A stretch of DNA of 60,094 nt, the filler included, from Nanobdellati archaeon (GTDB taxonomy: Archaea > Nanobdellota > Nanobdellia > Woesearchaeales > JAADFO01): assembly GCA_013152815.1 (NCBI GenBank). It is 4 parts of 4 records of this genome, joined end to end, with 100 filler letters (N's around TTAATTAATTAA, not from the genome) between each part and the next. Parts side by side here need not be neighbours in the genome. Positions count along the whole stretch, not along the records: positions 18,244 to 36,841 come from JAADFO010000054.1; positions 36,942 to 55,770 come from JAADFO010000057.1; 2 more parts are not named here. The stretch is one strand, 5' to 3'. The notes below the pieces were generated by a model that was not told the origin of the DNA, searched no databases, and saw only the letters and a program-made list of their open reading frames with translations. This document shows positions 29,527-39,328 of this stretch, one piece after another (the stretch's first letter is position 1; the number at the start of each line of letters is the position of its first letter). A program made the position numbers and the translations under genes.

Positions 29527-31191
29527 ATGATGGAAAAAAACGATATCGAGGTTGTTGAAATGAATCCTGCCGATGAGAAACCAGATGATTCCAGCGTTGA
29601 GATTTACGAAGTCAATGAAGAGAAGGCCACTGAGACGAAAAGACCGACCTCCAGGCGACCTGCACGAAAGGCGAAAGCAAGCCACGGCAGCCATCAGAAA
29701 GCCGCCTCGGCAGGGCCAGGAAAGCATCATGCTCCTTCCGTGAAGCCCTCAAAGAAAGAGGATGCTCCGAATCTTCTTGTGGGCCTCATCATCTTCGCTG
29801 TCCTGATAGGCATTGTCCTCGTCTTCTATTGGGATACTTTCTTCCCGGCAGCACCTTCAGGACCTGCATCCGTAGGCGGCAATGACACGGTCTGGGCGAC
29901 GGTCAACGGCAAGGACATCACCAAGAGCGAGATCCTCAACGCCTACAGCCGTCTCCAGCCAAGATACGGGGCCGCGCTGACCCTGGAGAGCGTCCTCAAC
30001 CAGACCATATCACGGATGCTCCTCGTGGAGGAGGCCCAAAGGCGCGGAGTCTCGGTGAGCGATGCCGACGTGGAGAAGGCCTACGCAGACCTTGTCGCAA
30101 CGCTCCCTCCCGGCACATCCATGGAATCGGTCCTGGCAGCCCAGCATGTCAGCGTCGAGGACGCCAAGAAGGAGCTCAAGGACCAGCTTTTCCTCGAAGG
30201 TCTCTTCAAGGACTTCGTCTCTGACAAGGATATCCAGGCCTATTATGACGCCAATTCAGACCGGTTCAAGGCCAAAGAAGGCCAGATCCGGGCACGCCAT
30301 ATCCTGGTGGACACCAAAGAAGAGGCCGATGCCATCGAGAAGCAGCTTGCCGAGGGCAGCGACTTCGCCTTCCTCGCCTCCCAGAAATCCAAAGACACTG
30401 CCTCTGGTGCGCGGGGCGGAGACCTGGGCTTCTTCGGAGATGGTGTCATGGTGAAGAACTTCAGTGATGTGGCGTTCTCCCTGAAAGTGGGCGAGATATC
30501 TGACCCGGTGCAGACCAAGTTCGGCTATCATATCATCCAGCGGGAATCCGACACCGTCCCTCTGGAAGAGGTGAAGGACATCATCTCCCAGACCCTGCTC
30601 GTGCAGCAGCTTCCGCCACTGATCGCAGACCTCAGGAACGCTGCAGACATCCAGATATTCTATGTTCCGACACCCCTGGTGAAAGAGGACGTGACTGATA
30701 CGCTCCCTCCCCAGGACCTGCAGGTGGACAACGCATCTGAACAGAACGGGACAGCAGAGCTGGCGCTTCCCGGCGACACCCAGGACGAGGCTCCTGCGGA
30801 TGCCGTGGGTCTTGCCGGTTTCGAGAAGACAGGCAAGGAACTCTGTGCCGACGGAGGGAAGCCCATCGTCAGGATGTATTCGACGACGACCTGTCCTCAC
30901 TGTAACTGGGTCGGCGACACCTTTGATGCTGTCGTGGCCGAGTATGACGGCCGGATCGATGCTGCCCACTGGGTGCTCGACTCCAAGGACAACAGCCTTA
31001 CCGGCAAGGTCGAGACCGCTGTCCCCCAGGAGGAGATCGACCGTTTCCTGGCCTTCAACCCGGATGCCACGGTCCCCACCTTCATCATCGGATGTGAATA
31101 TACCCGGGTCGGCAACCATTTCGAATCCTCAGACGACCTCGCCTCAGAGAAGCAGGGATTCCGGAACGTCATCGACGCCGTCCTGGCGTGA
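29527..31191 (+). CDS. SurA/PrsA-like parvulin peptidyl-prolyl isomerase fused to a C-terminal thioredoxin-like domain
   Basis: TM helix; ATVNG..IT; RARHILV, GGDLGFF, TKFGYHII; CPHC and VPT. Confidence 0.88.
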   Translation: MMEKNDIEVVEMNPADEKPDDSSVEIYEVNEEKATETKRPTSRRPARKAKASHGSHQKAASAGPGKHHAPSVKPSKKEDAPNLLVGLIIFAVLIGIVLVFYWDTFFPAAPSGPASVGGNDTVWATVNGKDITKSEILNAYSRLQPRYGAALTLESVLNQTISRMLLVEEAQRRGVSVSDADVEKAYADLVATLPPGTSMESVLAAQHVSVEDAKKELKDQLFLEGLFKDFVSDKDIQAYYDANSDRFKAKEGQIRARHILVDTKEEADAIEKQLAEGSDFAFLASQKSKDTASGARGGDLGFFGDGVMVKNFSDVAFSLKVGEISDPVQTKFGYHIIQRESDTVPLEEVKDIISQTLLVQQLPPLIADLRNAADIQIFYVPTPLVKEDVTDTLPPQDLQVDNASEQNGTAELALPGDTQDEAPADAVGLAGFEKTGKELCADGGKPIVRMYSTTTCPHCNWVGDTFDAVVAEYDGRIDAAHWVLDSKDNSLTGKVETAVPQEEIDRFLAFNPDATVPTFIIGCEYTRVGNHFESSDDLASEKQGFRNVIDAVLA

Positions 31192-31240
31192 TATACTCTT
31201 TTTCTTTTATCTTTTTTTTTAATGCTCTTTTCTTCTTCGG

Positions 31241-31327
31241 GGCTATTATGGAATCCTCTGCTTTTTTGCCAGATGCATGACCGTCTGTGCCATCACTGTC
31301 AGCATTTCCGACTGAAAGGAGGAGGCT
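31241..31327. mobile_element. MITE-like element, family 1, copy B (internally deleted)
   Basis: Matches the left ~83 bp of copies A and C; flanked by direct repeat CTTCTTCGG (31232-31240 and 31328-31336). Confidence 0.75.
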
Positions 31328-31396
31328 CTTCTTCGGGAAGAGAAACCTGGATTAGAGAAAAAAAAGGATACAGAAAAAAGAAGGAAAAAATGACCC

Positions 31397-32665
31397 TTAC
31401 AGGTCGTTGGCCGTCAGTATCCTGATCTTGGTCTCTGTCTGCTTGACCTTGCTGTCCATGGCCACACAGTAACGGATACGGACCTTCTCAGCCGTGGTGA
31501 CCAGAGCCTTGTCCAGTTCGCCGTCGAAGAGGACGGCATAGACCCCTGAAGAGAGGCTGCTGATGGTGGAGTTCAGTTCAGCGAAGGGGACCTTCCCCAG
31601 GATGGTCAACTTGTCGTCGAGGATGTACGCTCCTCTTGTCCCTATGAGATCCTCGAGCATCTCCTTGAATTTCTTCTTCTCGCTGGCGTTCAGCGCAGGA
31701 GGCTGGGCCGGCCTTGCGGGCGACGGACTCCTCGCGGGAGGACGCCCTCTCTGCTCGTTCGGGCGCGGACGCTGATCGTTCCTACGTTCCGGCGGCCTTG
31801 CTGACGGTCTCATCGACCGGGAGGAGGAATACTTCGGCTGATCGAGCTTATACTGCTCTGCCGTTACCCTGCTCCGCAGGGCCTTATGGATCTCCTTCTT
31901 GGTGATCTCCTCGACCTCCTTGCCGTCCGGGGCCCTGGTGACATAGTCGATGTCGGTGACGGTCATCAGTTCCTTGACGATGAGGCTGCCTCCACGGTCG
32001 CCGTCCACAAAGGCGGTCACGATCTTCTTCTTGCAGAGATCGACGATGGTCGTCGGGATGGAGGTGCCGTTCACGGCGATGACGTTCTTGAAGCCGTGCT
32101 TGAGCAGGTTGAGGACATCTGCCCTTCCCTCGACGATGATGAGCTCGTCGCTCTCGTCCACTCCGGGTCCTGCAGCCAGCCGATCCTTGCCGTACTCCTG
32201 GATCTCCATGACCCTGACCGAATAGGAGACCTCGTCCGCAAGCTCCTGGGAATCGGGCATCACATTGTCCATGAGCATCTTGAGAAGCTCCTTCGCCCGT
32301 TCGATGACAAAGGAACGCTTGCTGATCCTCACATCCTCGATGTTCTGGACCTTGATCTTGGCGTTGCAGGGCCCTATGCGCTGGATGATCTCGAGGGCAG
32401 CGCCGACGATTGCTGTTTCGGCCTTGTCCAATGAAGAAGGGATGACGATGCTTCCCCGGGTCTTGCCGCTCCGGGTATCCACATTGACCTCTATCCTGCC
32501 TATCCTTCCTGAGCGCTGGAGCTCCCGGAGTTCAAGGTCTGCTCCGAGCAGGCCTTCGGTCTGGCCGAATATGGCACCGATGACATCGGGCCGGTCGACG
32601 ACCCCTTCGATGTCGATGGTAGCGTTGACTATGTATTTGGATGATACGGGGCTGATCTTAGCCAT
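31397..32665 (-). CDS. dnaG: Archaeal DnaG-type primase
   Basis: [26 protein letters not shown] and DGDRGG motifs; GGAGGT RBS upstream. Confidence 0.96.
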   Translation of the reverse strand: MAKISPVSSKYIVNATIDIEGVVDRPDVIGAIFGQTEGLLGADLELRELQRSGRIGRIEVNVDTRSGKTRGSIVIPSSLDKAETAIVGAALEIIQRIGPCNAKIKVQNIEDVRISKRSFVIERAKELLKMLMDNVMPDSQELADEVSYSVRVMEIQEYGKDRLAAGPGVDESDELIIVEGRADVLNLLKHGFKNVIAVNGTSIPTTIVDLCKKKIVTAFVDGDRGGSLIVKELMTVTDIDYVTRAPDGKEVEEITKKEIHKALRSRVTAEQYKLDQPKYSSSRSMRPSARPPERRNDQRPRPNEQRGRPPARSPSPARPAQPPALNASEKKKFKEMLEDLIGTRGAYILDDKLTILGKVPFAELNSTISSLSSGVYAVLFDGELDKALVTTAEKVRIRYCVAMDSKVKQTETKIRILTANDL

Positions 32666-32672
32666 GGTGATT

Positions 32673-33060
32673 ACCTCCGTCGCCCGCCTACGGGCCGACG
32701 TCACGTGTCGTTGTCTGACGATGGCTTACGGCAGCTTTTTCTATGCTGTTTCGAGAGCTGCTGAGAGAACAAGACATTCTTTCCAATGTAAACGTGATTC
32801 CAATCGTCTATATAGTGCCACAACTCTCCTCTGTGACAGGGTGATCGTGATGAAACGGTGAATGTCTTGTCCTTGCCATCCGCTCTTCCGGATGATGATA
32901 AAGATTGGTGCCCGCAACACTAACTCCCACGTTCATGGCTGGGCTTTCGTCGTAAGCTCCGGTGAGTACTCTCGTGGCGGGCTGTTTTACGCGAGAGTGG
33001 TTCAGTCTCACTGCCAGAACCGAAATTCCAGCTCAAAGGAGGACTCATTCGCGTAAATGG
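32673..33060 (-). ncRNA. Candidate structured 5' leader or ncRNA upstream of dnaG
   Basis: ~390 nt with no convincing ORF and at least six helices; TATA-like TTAAATA at ~33092-33086 on the minus strand. Confidence 0.5.
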
Positions 33061-33273
33061 TATGCATAAAGGGATGCTGCTGCCTTATTTAAGGCTTTGG
33101 GTTATTCTTTTCTATATTGAAGAGAAATAACCTGAACAGAACTTATTTAAATACTGCTTATCAGAAGAGGTTTCGATGAGTAAAAGAGGTGGTAGCTTCT
33201 CCTTGGAGTTCAATATAGAGGAAGCTCGCTCCCTTTCTGTGGGTTCTATTCTGTCTCGACGAGGTGTTCTCTG

Positions 33274-35574
33274 ATGGCTAAACAACAGCTGGTTTTCCTG
33301 ATGGTCATGGCTTTCCTTCTGTCAGCCCTGCCGGCTTCGGCCGACATCACCTATGTCTACACGCCTGAGCAGGATGCCGGTAGCGTCAGCTATACCTTCT
33401 GGATCGACTATCCTGGCAACTATATCCTCGAGGCGAGCGTCCGTGGCCTCGGGTCTTCCCATGATTCGTTCTATGTTGGTATCGACGGCCAGAATGTCCA
33501 GGGTGTGAACGATTATATCTATGCGGTCCCTGTCTCCTCAAGCTTTGTCTGGGACGACATCTCCCTGCAGGGATGGAGCGACGATCCCAAGCTCTGGTAT
33601 CTCTCTTCAGGCGCCCATACCTTCACTTTCTATGGCATGGAGACCGATGCCCGCATCGACAAGCTCGTCCTGAACAGGGATCAGAGCGAATGCGACTGCG
33701 GTTCATACTCTGACGATGCCTGCGGTGCAGGGAACTGCGGCAGCGGCCAGATGCGGCAGACCAGGAGCTGCGACCCTGCTGGCTGCGACCAGGAATCACG
33801 CTGCGTCGACAGCAGCAGCTGCCAGGAAAACAACTGGGCCTGCACGCCCTATACTGAAGAGGATTGCAGCCTCTCTGGCACAGGACTCTGCGCCTCTGGC
33901 AAGCGGACCTGCACTGCCGATGGCCAGTGGAGTTCCTGCACCTCCGAAGGCCCAAAGACCGAGGTCTGCGGGAACAGTGTGGATGAGGACTGCGACGGCA
34001 CCCTCAACAACGGCTGCGAAGGAGTATGCGACACCGACAATGATGGCCATGAGGAATTCTTCTGGTGCGCAGGGTCAAAGCCCAACGACGACTGCGACGA
34101 TGACAACGCGGCTGTCCATCCGGGTGCGACCGAGGTCTGCGGGAACAGCGTGGATGAGGATTGCGACGGTGTCATCGCTTCCTGTGACAACACGCCTCCG
34201 ACGGTCTCCATCGACAGCCCAAGCGATGGCGCCGCCTATATCGCTCCTGCGACGGTGAAGATCACGGCCTACGGCTCTGATCCCGACGGCTATGTCGCCA
34301 AGATGCGCTTCTATGAAGGAAGTGATGTCCTGCTCTATGAGGATACCTCTGCTCCCTGGGAATACACCTGGAACGATGTCAGCGAGGGGCAGTGGAACAT
34401 CAGGGTGAAAGCCTATGACGATGATGGTGCGACCGATGAGAGCCAGGTGACCATCCATGTCGATGCGCCTGCTTGCATCGATGATGACACCGACGGCTAC
34501 GGCAAGTGGGGACGGTCGTCCTGCCCGCACCCAGGGACCGACTGCGACGATTCGAACGTGAAGATCCATCCCGGCGCCAACGACATCTGCGGCAATGGCG
34601 TGGATGAAGACTGCAACGATGGGGATGCTGTCTGCGCGAACAAGAATCCCACAGTCCATTTCACGAGCCCTTCTGATGGGGACAGGTTTCCGATGAATAC
34701 GCAGATCACGCTGAAGGCAGACGCTTCGGACAGCGACGGTTCCATCTCCAAGGTGCATTTCTATGATGAGGCAGACACGTTCTCAGGCTATGATTATTCT
34801 GCTCCCTATAGTTATACCTTCACTGCCTATGGGGGCGATGAGCTGAATCTCCGAGTAAGGGCCTATGATGATGACGGAGCGACGGCAATTGACATGATCT
34901 CCATCGAGATCACCGAGTGCTCTCCAGGAGCGAAGAAAAGCTGCAGCACAGGCCTGAAGGGAGTCTGTTCCGCAGGCACACAGACCTGCAGCACCTATGG
35001 CTCATGGAGTGCCTGCGCCCAGAACACCGAGGCTTCGACCGAGGACTGCCAGGACGACAAGGACAACGACTGCGACGGCTACACAGACATGGATGACTCC
35101 ACCTGTCAGGGCATATGCGACACCGACGGAGACGGCTATGACGAGTTCTTCTGGTGCACCGGCAACGGTCCCAACACGGACTGCAACGATGACCGTTCAG
35201 ACATCAATCCTGGGAGGACCGAGATCTGCGGCAATGGCGTGGATGATGACTGCTCAGGAGGAGACGCAAACTGCGCGCCGACGGTCCATCTTGAAAGTCC
35301 AAGCTATTATGCTACCTATACAGAGAATGACAAGGTGCACATGAAAGCAGAGGCATCTGACAGTGACGGCAGCATCAGCAAGGTGTACTTCTACGTCGAC
35401 GGCTCCAACAAGTATGGTGATTCTTCAAAGGACAGCAACGGCTACTACACCTATACCTGGACTGCCTACGGTATTGGTGACCATACCTTGAAAGTGAAGA
35501 GCAAGGATGATGCCGGAGCATATTCAGGATATGATTCCCAAAAGATCAAGGTCACTGCCTACGGAACAAGCTGA
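33274..35574 (+). CDS. Secreted Cys/Asp-rich protein with putative metal-binding repeats and Ig-like domains
   Basis: Signal peptide; HPGATEVCGNSVDEDC repeats; three Ig-like modules; paralogous to 15523-18143. Confidence 0.88.
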   Translation: MAKQQLVFLMVMAFLLSALPASADITYVYTPEQDAGSVSYTFWIDYPGNYILEASVRGLGSSHDSFYVGIDGQNVQGVNDYIYAVPVSSSFVWDDISLQGWSDDPKLWYLSSGAHTFTFYGMETDARIDKLVLNRDQSECDCGSYSDDACGAGNCGSGQMRQTRSCDPAGCDQESRCVDSSSCQENNWACTPYTEEDCSLSGTGLCASGKRTCTADGQWSSCTSEGPKTEVCGNSVDEDCDGTLNNGCEGVCDTDNDGHEEFFWCAGSKPNDDCDDDNAAVHPGATEVCGNSVDEDCDGVIASCDNTPPTVSIDSPSDGAAYIAPATVKITAYGSDPDGYVAKMRFYEGSDVLLYEDTSAPWEYTWNDVSEGQWNIRVKAYDDDGATDESQVTIHVDAPACIDDDTDGYGKWGRSSCPHPGTDCDDSNVKIHPGANDICGNGVDEDCNDGDAVCANKNPTVHFTSPSDGDRFPMNTQITLKADASDSDGSISKVHFYDEADTFSGYDYSAPYSYTFTAYGGDELNLRVRAYDDDGATAIDMISIEITECSPGAKKSCSTGLKGVCSAGTQTCSTYGSWSACAQNTEASTEDCQDDKDNDCDGYTDMDDSTCQGICDTDGDGYDEFFWCTGNGPNTDCNDDRSDINPGRTEICGNGVDDDCSGGDANCAPTVHLESPSYYATYTENDKVHMKAEASDSDGSISKVYFYVDGSNKYGDSSKDSNGYYTYTWTAYGIGDHTLKVKSKDDAGAYSGYDSQKIKVTAYGTS

Positions 35575-35588
35575 GGGATAACCGGTTG

Positions 35589-36841
35589 ATGAAAAAAAAG
35601 AGGTGGAACAGTGTAGCTGTCTTTGCAGTGATACTGCTGGCCTTCTTCTTCTCGGTCTCTGCGGTCACCGATGCGGCCTTGCATGACCCAACCACCCCGC
35701 TCACCGTGGAGAGCTCTCCTGAGAGCGCCACCGAGAACAATACCTCTGGGAATGACACCTCCTGTCCCGGCGATGCCAACGGTGATGGTGTTGTCGATGT
35801 CATCGACCTCAACATCGTCTCGGTCAACTACGGACTTTCCTCTGGCTTCGACAGCAGGGCAGACCTCAACGGTGACGGTGTTGTCGATGTGGTCGCAACA
35901 TCGTCTCGTCCAAATACGGCCTGAGCTGCTCATCGACGCTTCCTTCTTCCTTGGAGATCACCAACATCCACCCTTCATCCTATGAACTGGCCTCTGTCTA
36001 TCCCGGCGATGAGGTGTATATCGACCGGGACTACACCCTGCTATCGATACCTTCCCACCTCTCCGGAGATCCCTGGATCAAGCCTGCCAACGACGACAAG
36101 CTCTCTGAAGGGGACTCCTTCGTGACCTTTGATGTCAATCAAGAGGTGGATGTCTATGTGGCCAGGGATGTGCGGCTGTCAGACCTTCCTTCCTGGATGG
36201 CCGATTGGCAGAGCGAGGGGGAGATCATCTCCTATGATGGCTATTTCGACGAGCCCAGCGAACACATGCTGTACCACAAGCGATTCCCTGCAGGGACGGT
36301 CCATCTCGGCGGCAACTACGGCAACAGCACGAGTTCCATGTATTTCATCATCATCCATGGCGATGCGGACGATGTCGTAGCGTCTCCTTCTGAGGAGCTG
36401 GCGCTGGTCACCGACTTCTCTGACTGGCAGAGCAAGGATGTCGGGATGGAACAGGTCATCATCACTCCTCCTTCTGTCAGTTGTGGTGATGGAGTGTGTG
36501 ATGATACCAACGAGACTCCTGATTCTTGTCCAGCAGATTGCCCTCCGCTATTTGTCGGCAAGGACTATTTGAGTATCAGTCCAGACGACCCTCACTATTT
36601 TGTCGGTCCTGATGGCGAACCCGTCTTCTTCCTCGGGCACCACGACTTTGGTGGTTGGTGGAAGGGGAAAAAATGGCCCAACGTAAGAGAAGATCTGAAG
36701 TCCACCATACTCACCAATCATCTGACCTTTGCCAAGATTGCCCTGTCTTTGGGAGGGCCGACGGCGGATAATGACCTTTGGGTGTATAAGCGAACAGGAC
36801 CCGGGACAGCCAATGACGGCGGTCCTAAATATGACCTGATG
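35589..36841 (+). pseudogene. Secreted dockerin-domain protein with possible glycoside-hydrolase-like region; frameshifted at ~35895 and 3'-truncated at contig end
   Basis: Two dockerin repeats (GDANGDGVVDVIDL / ADLNGDGVVDVV); the second lacks 4 nt, and restoring them fuses ORFs 35586 and 35951. Confidence 0.75.
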
Positions 36842-36941
36842 NNNNNNNNNNNNNNNNNNNNNNNNNNNNNNNNNNNNNNNNNNNNTTAATTAATTAANNN
36901 NNNNNNNNNNNNNNNNNNNNNNNNNNNNNNNNNNNNNNNNN
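36842..36941. other. Artificial contig linker
   Basis: N runs flanking TTAATTAATTAA. Confidence 0.95.
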
Positions 36942-37039
36942 GCATCGTCGGCCATCTGCTGGCCTATTACATCGCAAAGGAGAACGGGCTGCCCATCGAC
37001 AAGCCCAGGAACCTCGCAAAGAGCGTGACGGTGAAATAG
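36942..37039 (+). CDS. glmS: 3' end of glutamine-fructose-6-phosphate aminotransferase
   Basis: Manual translation IVGHLLAYYIAKENGLPIDKPRNLAKSVTVK*, the GlmS C-terminal signature. Confidence 0.9.
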
Positions 37040-37067
37040 CGCGTTTTATCTCATTCAGGAGAAAGGA

Positions 37068-37574
37068 TCAACTTCCGACCCGGCTGTAACAGAATAAACA
37101 GTTTCCATGAAGATAAAGGGGCACAACAGTCGTGCGCGTCTGAGCGATAGGATCGAATTGCGGTTGGATGAGTTCTGGAAAGTCAACAAGACGTTGATGC
37201 AGGGGATCAAAAAAGACAATCTCCCTGCCGGACTCATCGGGTGAGAAGGCGAAGAGTTCGACACCCCGGCTAAGAAAATATCCCAGGGAAGGCTTGTAAT
37301 ATCCTTTTCTGTTCATGATGCTCGTGCGGGAATCCATGTCCTTCAGAACGTTATCCAGATGGCGAAGTTCAGGTTCACAGTACCCCTCGGGGTTCCATTT
37401 ATCCGGTTCTTTGTCGAGCATGTAGAGATAGACCTCTTCTATCGGCTTCGATAAAAGAAGCGGATCGATTTTTTTCAGCAGCGGAGCTCTATGATCAAAT
37501 GGAGGTTCTTGGTCCTGACCGCCAAGCCACTGTTTATGGTATGTTATGAGTAAGATGAAATCTTCGATATCCAT
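37068..37574 (-). CDS. Hypothetical protein
   Basis: 168-aa ORF; no recognisable motif. Confidence 0.55.
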   Translation of the reverse strand: MDIEDFILLITYHKQWLGGQDQEPPFDHRAPLLKKIDPLLLSKPIEEVYLYMLDKEPDKWNPEGYCEPELRHLDNVLKDMDSRTSIMNRKGYYKPSLGYFLSRGVELFAFSPDESGREIVFFDPLHQRLVDFPELIQPQFDPIAQTRTTVVPLYLHGNCLFCYSRVGS

Positions 37575-37731
37575 AGCTATCTAAAGAAGACAGGCCGTTT
37601 AAAGAAGGATTCGGGAAGCTGAACAGAATGTTTCCGTAGGAATCGAAGGGTCATCGGCTACAAAAGAAGAACTGCGTTTTTTCATCGAGAAAACGGAAGA
37701 ACATATATTCTTCCGTATATTTTATCCGCAT

Positions 37732-38802
37732 ATGAACATGCTCCGCTGGAAAGATCGGTTTCCAGAAATCAAAAGACGTATCGAGGCATCCCACGACGAT
37801 GCCTTCAAGAACAAGCTATTCATCGATGGAACACTTATCACAAAGGACAACCGTGACGTGTATGTGGGAGGATATGATTCCGCTCTGGAAGCGAAAGCGA
37901 CCTATTACCCGGACATGCGCATGAGAGAGACAGGCAGACCAGAACGGATACTGCTGCCGAACTCCTCGCGAATAAAGGTGAAGGAAGACAATTATGGGCT
38001 AGAGCAGACGGCAGACGGACTGGAAGGAAAGATACTCCTGACGAACGAGAAACCGCTCATCGTCAAGATGGAATTAATGACGAATCACCTTCAGGATGAA
38101 TCGCAGATGTATTCAGCATGGCAAACGAGAAACGCGCCTGAAGAACCACGACAACCCATGATAAAAAGAATCATCGAAGAGATAGGCTTGCCGCTCCACG
38201 AAGGATTCACGATGGAAGAACGAAAAGGATACAGAAGAAAGGACGTGATTGCCATTCTCGAGTGGATGAAAGACAACCTGAGCTACGGAACGGATCAGAC
38301 AGACTATCGCTATTTTGGAGATAGGCCCAAAGGGCTCTGTGAGGAGTTTTGTAGATTGTTCTCGATGATCGTGGATTATACCGGAGGAATGACCATCATG
38401 GATCCGGTCATCTCACTCAACCTCCCCCTGGAAGGATACCCCTATTTCTCGAGCACAACGGGCGTGGGAGGAAGACATAAACTGATAAGGATGTATCTGG
38501 AGGGCACAGCAGAATTAGTGGATCCGACGATATACGCAACGACATATCAGAACCCCGACATCCCTGAAGGGAAAGAGAGCCGTGCGCTCTCGCAAGAGAT
38601 CAGACACTATCATTTTTTATATGTGCTGCCCACGCAAGCACTCATGATCGACAGAGGAACAGCCCGACGAATAGATAAACATCATAAATATCCGACGAAT
38701 GTGCAGCAGGCATTAAAAAGAATTGCGAAGTTCATGTGGTGGGAGGGGCACCAGAGCATACACCCCATCATAGACAGGACCTCATTAAAAGTGATCAGAT
38801 GA
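37732..38802 (+). CDS. Transglutaminase-like domain protein
   Basis: GLCEEFCRLF, GRHK and LVDPT give a Cys-His-Asp triad in the expected order. Confidence 0.65.
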   Translation: MNMLRWKDRFPEIKRRIEASHDDAFKNKLFIDGTLITKDNRDVYVGGYDSALEAKATYYPDMRMRETGRPERILLPNSSRIKVKEDNYGLEQTADGLEGKILLTNEKPLIVKMELMTNHLQDESQMYSAWQTRNAPEEPRQPMIKRIIEEIGLPLHEGFTMEERKGYRRKDVIAILEWMKDNLSYGTDQTDYRYFGDRPKGLCEEFCRLFSMIVDYTGGMTIMDPVISLNLPLEGYPYFSSTTGVGGRHKLIRMYLEGTAELVDPTIYATTYQNPDIPEGKESRALSQEIRHYHFLYVLPTQALMIDRGTARRIDKHHKYPTNVQQALKRIAKFMWWEGHQSIHPIIDRTSLKVIR

Positions 38803-38957
38803 GACTCAAAAAACAGGTATCATTGTTCTTCCTTGCTTTGGTATTGGTCAACTTCGGGCTGTTCATCTTCAACAGGATAGAGCCCCTGGTGTTCTGGATC
38901 ATCACTGCCCTCGCAGCAGCGGTGGTCTATGTGCTGTTGCCGCGGCTGCCTGAATGA
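38799..38957 (+). CDS. Small two-TM membrane protein
   Basis: 52 aa with two hydrophobic segments; ATGA overlap with the upstream stop. Confidence 0.65.
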   Translation: MRLKKQVSLFFLALVLVNFGLFIFNRIEPLVFWIITALAAAVVYVLLPRLPE

Positions 38958-39000
38958 GGCAGTTATCTTTATAAACAAAGTTAGCTTCGCTGATCACATC

Positions 39001-39219
39001 ATGGGATACCTGTGGGACACGTTACGGGGGAACATCACCCGACCAGGGATCACCGGATCGCCCCCTCCTGCCGAACCGGAAGAGAAGACAGAGAGAGGGC
39101 ATTATGTCAGCCTCAGACAGAAGATGCGCATCATGTATGATGACACATTCAGGGGTATGGGTTCTTCTCTCTACGAAAGGCTTGCTGCTTTCTTCAAGGA
39201 CACGAACGGTTTCGTCTGA
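39001..39219 (+). CDS. Small hypothetical protein
   Basis: 72 aa from ATG 39001; TTTATAAA about 30 nt upstream. Confidence 0.5.
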   Translation: MGYLWDTLRGNITRPGITGSPPPAEPEEKTERGHYVSLRQKMRIMYDDTFRGMGSSLYERLAAFFKDTNGFV

Positions 39220-39328
39220 ACCCAAACAGGAACAGACAAACGATCTTGATGCGAGACTGGAGCAGTACCGTATCGATCCGAAAGAAAACCAAAGAAACAT
39301 TTAAGTAACTGCTCAATTCTTTTCCAGC

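Noticed and set aside
32808..33056. Short ORFs upstream of dnaG
   Set aside because: No RBS, atypical codons and no motifs; the region is better explained as structured non-coding sequence.
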